This document shows, in pieces, positions 21,061 through 26,279 of a DNA stretch of 26,279 bases. The stretch is from Octopus sinensis (taxonomy: Eukaryota), in NCBI RefSeq assembly GCF_006345805.1, contig NW_021835573.1, forward strand, positions 1-26,279, given 5' to 3'. Every line of letters starts with the position of its first letter. The first letter of the stretch is position 1. The notes under the pieces are model-generated. The model searched no databases and was not told the DNA's origin. It saw only the letters and a list, made by a program, of their open reading frames with translations. The position numbers and the translations under genes were made by a program.

Positions 21061-21424
21061 AGTTGGTGTGTGTATTAGTATGGCACATCATATGTGATGT
21101 GATGTGTAAAGTCATGTGGTGTAGTGAGGAGAAGAGGGGGAGGGGGAGAAGAGAGGAGAAGAGGAGGGAGAGAAGGGGAGGGGAAGAGGGGGAGAGGAGA
21201 AGGGGGAAGAGGAGAGGATGGGGGAGAAGGAAGGGGAGGAGGGGGATGAAGGAGGAAAGAGGGAGAGGGGGAGAGAGGGAGTGAGGGAGTCAGAGGGAAG
21301 GGGAAGAGGGAGGGAGAAAGAGGGAAGAAGGGAAGGGGAGTAGGGGTGAAAGGATGAAGGACTGAAGAAGTAGGGGTCGGGGGGAGAAAGATAGGTGAGG
21401 AGGGGGGTTAGATGAGGAAGGGGG

Positions 21425-24292
21425 GAGAGTTGAGACCAAATGGCGTATAAGAGCGAAGAGAGAAGATTAATTCCTGTTCACGGCGCAAACGGGAATCCGA
21501 ATGGCCTCTGTGTAAGGACAAACCGAACACAGATAGGTGTTGCAAGGAGTGACCGGTGGAGCGGAAATGGCGTGAGACCGGTGTGTCGTTCGCAAGTGGA
21601 TGTCACGAAGGTGTTCCGCGAACCGGTCAGCCAAGCAGTTTGTCCGATGTACAAGGAATTGCAGAGAGAGCAAGAGATGCAATAGATAATATTGCTGGAG
21701 GTGCAGGTGAAGGAGTGGATGATGGGATAGGGTCGATGGTGGGTGCTAGTGAGGCGGGTGGTGTTGGAGAGGTAAGGGCAAGTGCGGCAACGTGGGCGGG
21801 AGCAGGGGAACGAGCCGGGTTGGGAGGTAGGGTCAGGGAAGGAGCTATGGACCAAAAGGTCTCGAAGTTGTGGGCTCGTTTGAAAGAGGGGAGGGGTCGG
21901 TTAGGGAAGAGGTGTGAAGTGACGGGTCGGACTGGAGATGACGGAAAGCTCGAAGAATGGTGCGTTGGAGACGTAGGGTCGTGGGGTGGTAAGTGAGGGG
22001 AAAAGGGAGGCGGGAGACTACAGGGCGGGTTCGGGGAGAGAGAGCAGATACACGGTCCACGGACCGTGCTCTGGCAAGGGCGGTGTGGATAGTGGTGAGG
22101 GGGTATCCACGTAGGGTGAAGTGGTGAGGCCATACGTTGAGACTGAGTCTCAAAGTCATGGTCGTCACTACAGCCTACGTAGACGGAGGAATTGGGAATA
22201 GGGGATGGAAAGCTTGGTGTGTTCTGGGTGGGAGGAAGAGAAGTTGAGGTATGAGTGTGAGTCTGTGTGTTTGTAGTGAATGGAGGTGGTAAGAGTGGAG
22301 TGAAGAATGCTAACCGAAATGTCGAGGAAGGAGACAGAGGTGTTGGAGATAGTGGAAGTGAAGTGGAGGGCTGGATGGAAAGATTGGACGAAAGAGAAGA
22401 AGGAATCTAGATGTTCGCGGGAGAGTGAGGTGGCACCGATTGTCGTCAATATAACGACCATATAGTTCAGGAGTGGGACCAGTGAAAATAGAGAATATTT
22501 GGGCCTCAACATAGCCAACGAACAGGTTCGCATAGTTGGGGCCCATTCGCGTTCCCATGGCCACTCCCGAGACCTGATGGTAGAACTCGCCCGCGAACGA
22601 GAAGCAGTTCAGAGTAAGGACAAGTTCGGCCAGACAAATGAGTGTGGAGGTGTCAGGTACAGGGTTAGAGCGGAGGTCAAGAAAGTGTCGAAGGGCCTGC
22701 AGTCCTTCGTGGTGAGGGATAACAGTATAGAGGCTTTCGATGTCCATAGTAAAAATGATTTTGGAGGAGCCGGGAGGAAAGGAGAAAGAGTTGAAAAGCC
22801 GGAGAGCATGGTTGGTATCGTGGATGTGGGAGGGAAGAGATGCCACTATGGGGGCAAGGACACGGTCGAGGTATTTAGAGATGAGCTCCGTGGGGCAGTT
22901 ACAGGCGGAGACGATGGGGCGGCCAGGGTTGTTGGGTTTGTGGATTTTGGGGAGGAAGTAAATGGTGGGGGTACGTGGGGTTCGCACAATTAGGTTGGAT
23001 GCGGTGCGGGGAGACGGGAGGACGAGATGAGGTCTTGGACGGTAGAGGATACCGTCTGTTGGTAGCTACGTGTGGGGTTAGAGGGCAGAGGGGAATAGAA
23101 GGAGGTGTCATTGAGTTGGCGGAAAGCCTCGGCCCTATAGAGGTCCGCGCGCCACACCACTACAGCTCCACCCTTGTCAGCCGGTTTGATGATAATGTCA
23201 GCGCGCCGTTGGAGGGAACGAAGAGCCAAGAGCTCAGCCGGGGAGATGTTGAGGCGGCGTTGGCGCCTGGAGAAGTTGAACCGCTCCAATGCACGCTCAC
23301 AAGCGCCCGCGAAAAGATCCACTGGTAGGATCTGGCCAGGGGCAGGCGTCCACGGGGATGGTCGGCGGCCCAGGCCAGTGAAGCAGTCGTCTTCTTCGTG
23401 GGGTGTGGGGGCGAGTCGTGGTAATGCGCACCCAACCGACACGGCGCACAAAGCTGTGGACATCAACTCGCGTCTGGAATTCCTTACAGGATGGAGTGAG
23501 GGGGATGAAACGCAGACCCCTACCAAGGACGGAGCGTTCAGCCGCGAGAGGGGAAGATCGGGGGAATGGTAACAACAGACGGAAGTGGAGAAGGGGTGGG
23601 TGGAATAGAAGTAGGAGGGGTGGTAGGTCTCGTGGAGGTCTGAGGGGGAGGGATTGGGGAGGTGTGTGGGGGTGGTTGGGTGGGGCTGTAGGGTTAGGTG
23701 TAGGTGGATGGAGCCTAACGGGAGGGGAGAAGGGGTTGTAGGGAGGGGCAGTGGGGTTAGGTGTGGTGGATGGAGCCTATCGGGAGGGGAGAAGGGTGGT
23801 GGAGGAGTTGGGGTAGTGGCGTCGGGTAGGGTGGAATGGAAGAGTGATTGGAGTTTACGAAGTTTGGTATCAGAAAGAAATTGATGGAAGAGTTGATTCA
23901 AATGATAATGAAGCGTAGCGTTTTGGAGCATAGAGAGGCGGCAGAGAGGAGAAGAAGGTGGAGAAAGCAGGAGGAAGAAGGCGGTTGATGGCATGTAGTT
24001 TGGAGAGATTGGAGCGAATGGTGGCCCGCATAAGGCGGTAAGATGTGGTGCGGAGTATGGGTAAGATGGAAGAATCCGAGTGGAGAGCAGGGTGGAAGTG
24101 GAGGCGGAAACCTTTAGGGATGAGTCGGTGATGTAGGCAGCGGCTTAGGAAAGAGACATGGCTAGAGAAGCGGTTTTTTTAAAAAAGTAGAGAGAGATTA
24201 ACGGACGGCTGAAGGCCATATTCAGGAAGAGAACGTAGATGATCCTTCAAACGGTGATGGAGGGTGAGGAGGTAGGACCTAGGATCCGGCAT
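21425..24292 (-). pseudogene. PLE ORF (N-terminal region, reverse transcriptase, GIY-YIG endonuclease), broken by several frameshifts
   Basis: N-terminal RFSSHVSFLSRCLHHRLIPKGFRL (about 24170-24100) and IIIKPADKGGAVVVW. RT motifs: IYFLPKIHKPNNPGRPIVS, TMDIESLYTVIP, GVAMGTRMGPNYANLFV, YGRYIDD, FLDISV, YKHTDSHSYL. Endonuclease: CSRPRCRTC...NIIYCISCSLCNSLYIGQT...LADRFAEHLRDI. Probable start ATG at 24292. Confidence 0.92.
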
Positions 24293-24886
24293 GATGGGAT
24301 AGCGGAAAAAAAAACGTTCGAAAAAACAAAAAAAAACAAAAAACAAAAATTATCGTATGAAAAAAATAGAAAAAAAGGGGAAAAAACAAAAAATAATAAT
24401 CGTATGAAAAAACTAGATAAGTAAGCGATAGGGGCAGAAAGACAAAAAAAGACGGGGCAAACGGAAAAGGGAAAGAAAGAAGGGAAGCAGAGAGAGGGAG
24501 GCAGAAAAAGGGGGGTGCAGGCAGCGGAAACGGAGTATGGACATCCAGAGAGGGAAGAAAGACGGAAAGGAGAACAAAAATTCAGGAAAATGTGGGAAGC
24601 ATGAAATGAATGTAAAAAAAGTGGTAACATAAGAGAAAATAAAAATACAACAAACGGGACAGTTTATGCGAACAAGTTCAAGGTTGAAAGTTCAAGGTGA
24701 GAAATGTGTAGACGTCGTGGTATATTTTTTAAGGATTTCACATCAATGCAAAGTCACTTTGATCCGCGAAAGAGAGGTGCAGCCAATGGTAAGTATCCAA
24801 GAGGTAAAGAAAATCCAAGGTAGAGGTAAGTGTTGATAGTGGTATTGGTAGAATATAGGATGAAAGTGAGACCACGTGAGCGCATA

Positions 24887-25510
24887 ATATATAACGGGAA
24901 GCTTTATGAAAATAAACAAAAGACGAAGGCAGGTGGAAAACAAACGAACAATTGTATTAGTATGGCGCTCAGGAAATATAAATAAAACAAGTCTTTAACG
25001 TTTCGAGCCTACGCTCTTCAACAGAAAGATACACAGAGAGAGAAAAACACAGAAAGAAGGAGAGAAAAAAAATGCGTGCAGTAGCTAACGAATCAACATG
25101 GCGATCTGATTCGGCCAGAGGTCAAAGATCAAACATGAGACGCGAGAGCGAAATAAGGGGAGATAATAGGGTTGATAATAGGTTGAGGGACCAGCTAAAA
25201 GTGCGTGGGAGGGGTCTGGATGTGTGTATGTATAGGGTTGGTGTATGTATTAGTATGTATAAGGGTGTGTGTGTGTGTGTGTGGTGTGTGTGTATGAGAG
25301 AGTATTAGTGCGTAAGATTGGTCTGGACGTGCGTATGTATGGGTTGGTGTATGTATTAGTATGTATTAGTATGTATTAGTACGTATTGGTATGTATAGGT
25401 ATGTGTGTGTGAGAGAGTATAAGTGCGTATGCGGGGTCTGGACGTGTGTATGTATAGGGTTGGTGTAAGTATTAGTATGTACTAGTATGTATTAGTACGT
25501 ATTAGTATGT
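24887..25510 (-). repeat. PLE 5' pseudo-LTR, containing a hammerhead-like motif at 24992-25029
   Basis: Direct repeat of 20421-21060. The - strand contains UCUUU-CUGUUGA-A-GAGC GUAG GCUC-GAAA-CGUU-AAAGA. Confidence 0.9.
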
Positions 25511-25577
25511 AGTATGTATATATATATATATATATGTATATATATGTGTACTTACATACACCCACACCCATACACAC

Positions 25578-25630
<53 letters not shown>

Positions 25631-25894
25631 TATTAATTCCTTACATTACAAAACTGATGAACTAAATGGAGTAGACATTAGACTCACAGCCAATGAAATA
25701 GCTGTTAAATTACATCGATTAATTAAACTTGATCTATTTATGCGAGTGGTTGTGTGCGTGTGCGTGTGTTCGTGTGCGTGTGTGTGTGTCTGTGTATGTG
25801 TGTCTATGTGTGTGTGTGTTTGCGTGTGTATTGTGTGTGTGTGTGTGTGGTGTGTTGTGTGTGTGTGTGTTACATGTTTGCTCATATTTTTCAG

Positions 25895-26058
25895 GTGAAA
25901 CTGGTGATTTATAAAAACCAAACGGCTATGGTATCTATGATTTTTGATGGACGAAATTCAACCCTTAAAAGCTGGTTTTCTTATGCAACCTTGAAAAGTT
26001 CTCCATGGAATGACCTATCTTCAGCCAACCCAGAGTTTTTCACGATGGAAGGAATGGA
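25895..26058 (+). CDS. Host gene, coding exon 3 (gene continues past the window)
   Basis: Acceptor atttttcag|GTG, phase 0 matching exon 2. VKLVIYKNQTAMVSMIFDGRNSTLKSWFSYATLKSSPWNDLSSANPEFFTMEGM. Donor GA|gtaagt at 26059 (phase 2). No stop codon is reached in the spliced frame. Confidence 0.85.
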
Positions 26059-26279
26059 GTAAGTTCTAAATATACTTTTCTTTTTCTCTTTGTAGAAACG
26101 TAATATACCAAAAGCACTTTACGCACGCTACTAATATATATATATATATATATATATCTGTTTCTTAACACTATATATTTATTCACGATATTTTCTTGAA
26201 GCCACCAAAGCATTTCCAGGCTTTCACTATAATATCTTCATTGAATATGATATACAGAGTACAAATTTGAACTAAATCT

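Larger units (their letters stand above)
20421..25510 (-). mobile_element. Penelope-like retroelement (PLE) with two direct terminal repeats (pseudo-LTRs)
   Basis: A frameshifted RT + GIY-YIG ORF lies between near-identical ~630-bp direct repeats (about 20421-21060 and 24887-25510). The element ends in (TA)n. Confidence 0.92.

Noticed and set aside
21556-23884. Several Gly/Arg-rich + strand ORFs
   Set aside because: Antisense shadows of the C-rich PLE ORF on the - strand.

Overview
Eukaryotic, AT-rich, microsatellite-dense genomic DNA. The SINE and repeat families resemble those I recall from octopus/coleoid cephalopods; this is an inference, not a database match. One spliced host gene is on the + strand, with three coding exons visible (8844-9141, 16233-16411, 25895-26058, GT-AG boundaries, matching phases) and continuing beyond the window. 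It encodes a secreted protein: signal peptide, PAN/apple-like module, then an uncharacterised Trp-rich invertebrate domain. Its introns and upstream region are packed with mobile DNA: a 5'-truncated R4/Dong-type non-LTR retrotransposon inserted in a (TAA)n tract, an older Dong fragment, a near full-length Penelope-like element (RT + GIY-YIG) between ~630-bp direct repeats, two Tc1/mariner relics, a piggyBac end, a Helitron-type element, SINEs, fold-back palindromes and a 30-bp minisatellite. The most notable feature is a ~360-bp tandem array (18447-20081). Each complete unit carries, on the - strand, a minimal type I hammerhead-ribozyme fold with a compensatory U3-A8 core and a palindromic stem III. 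The array is retrozyme-like and sits directly against the Penelope-like element. Several other hammerhead-like variants are dispersed through the window. Most ORFs in the supplied track are translations of simple repeats or antisense frames.
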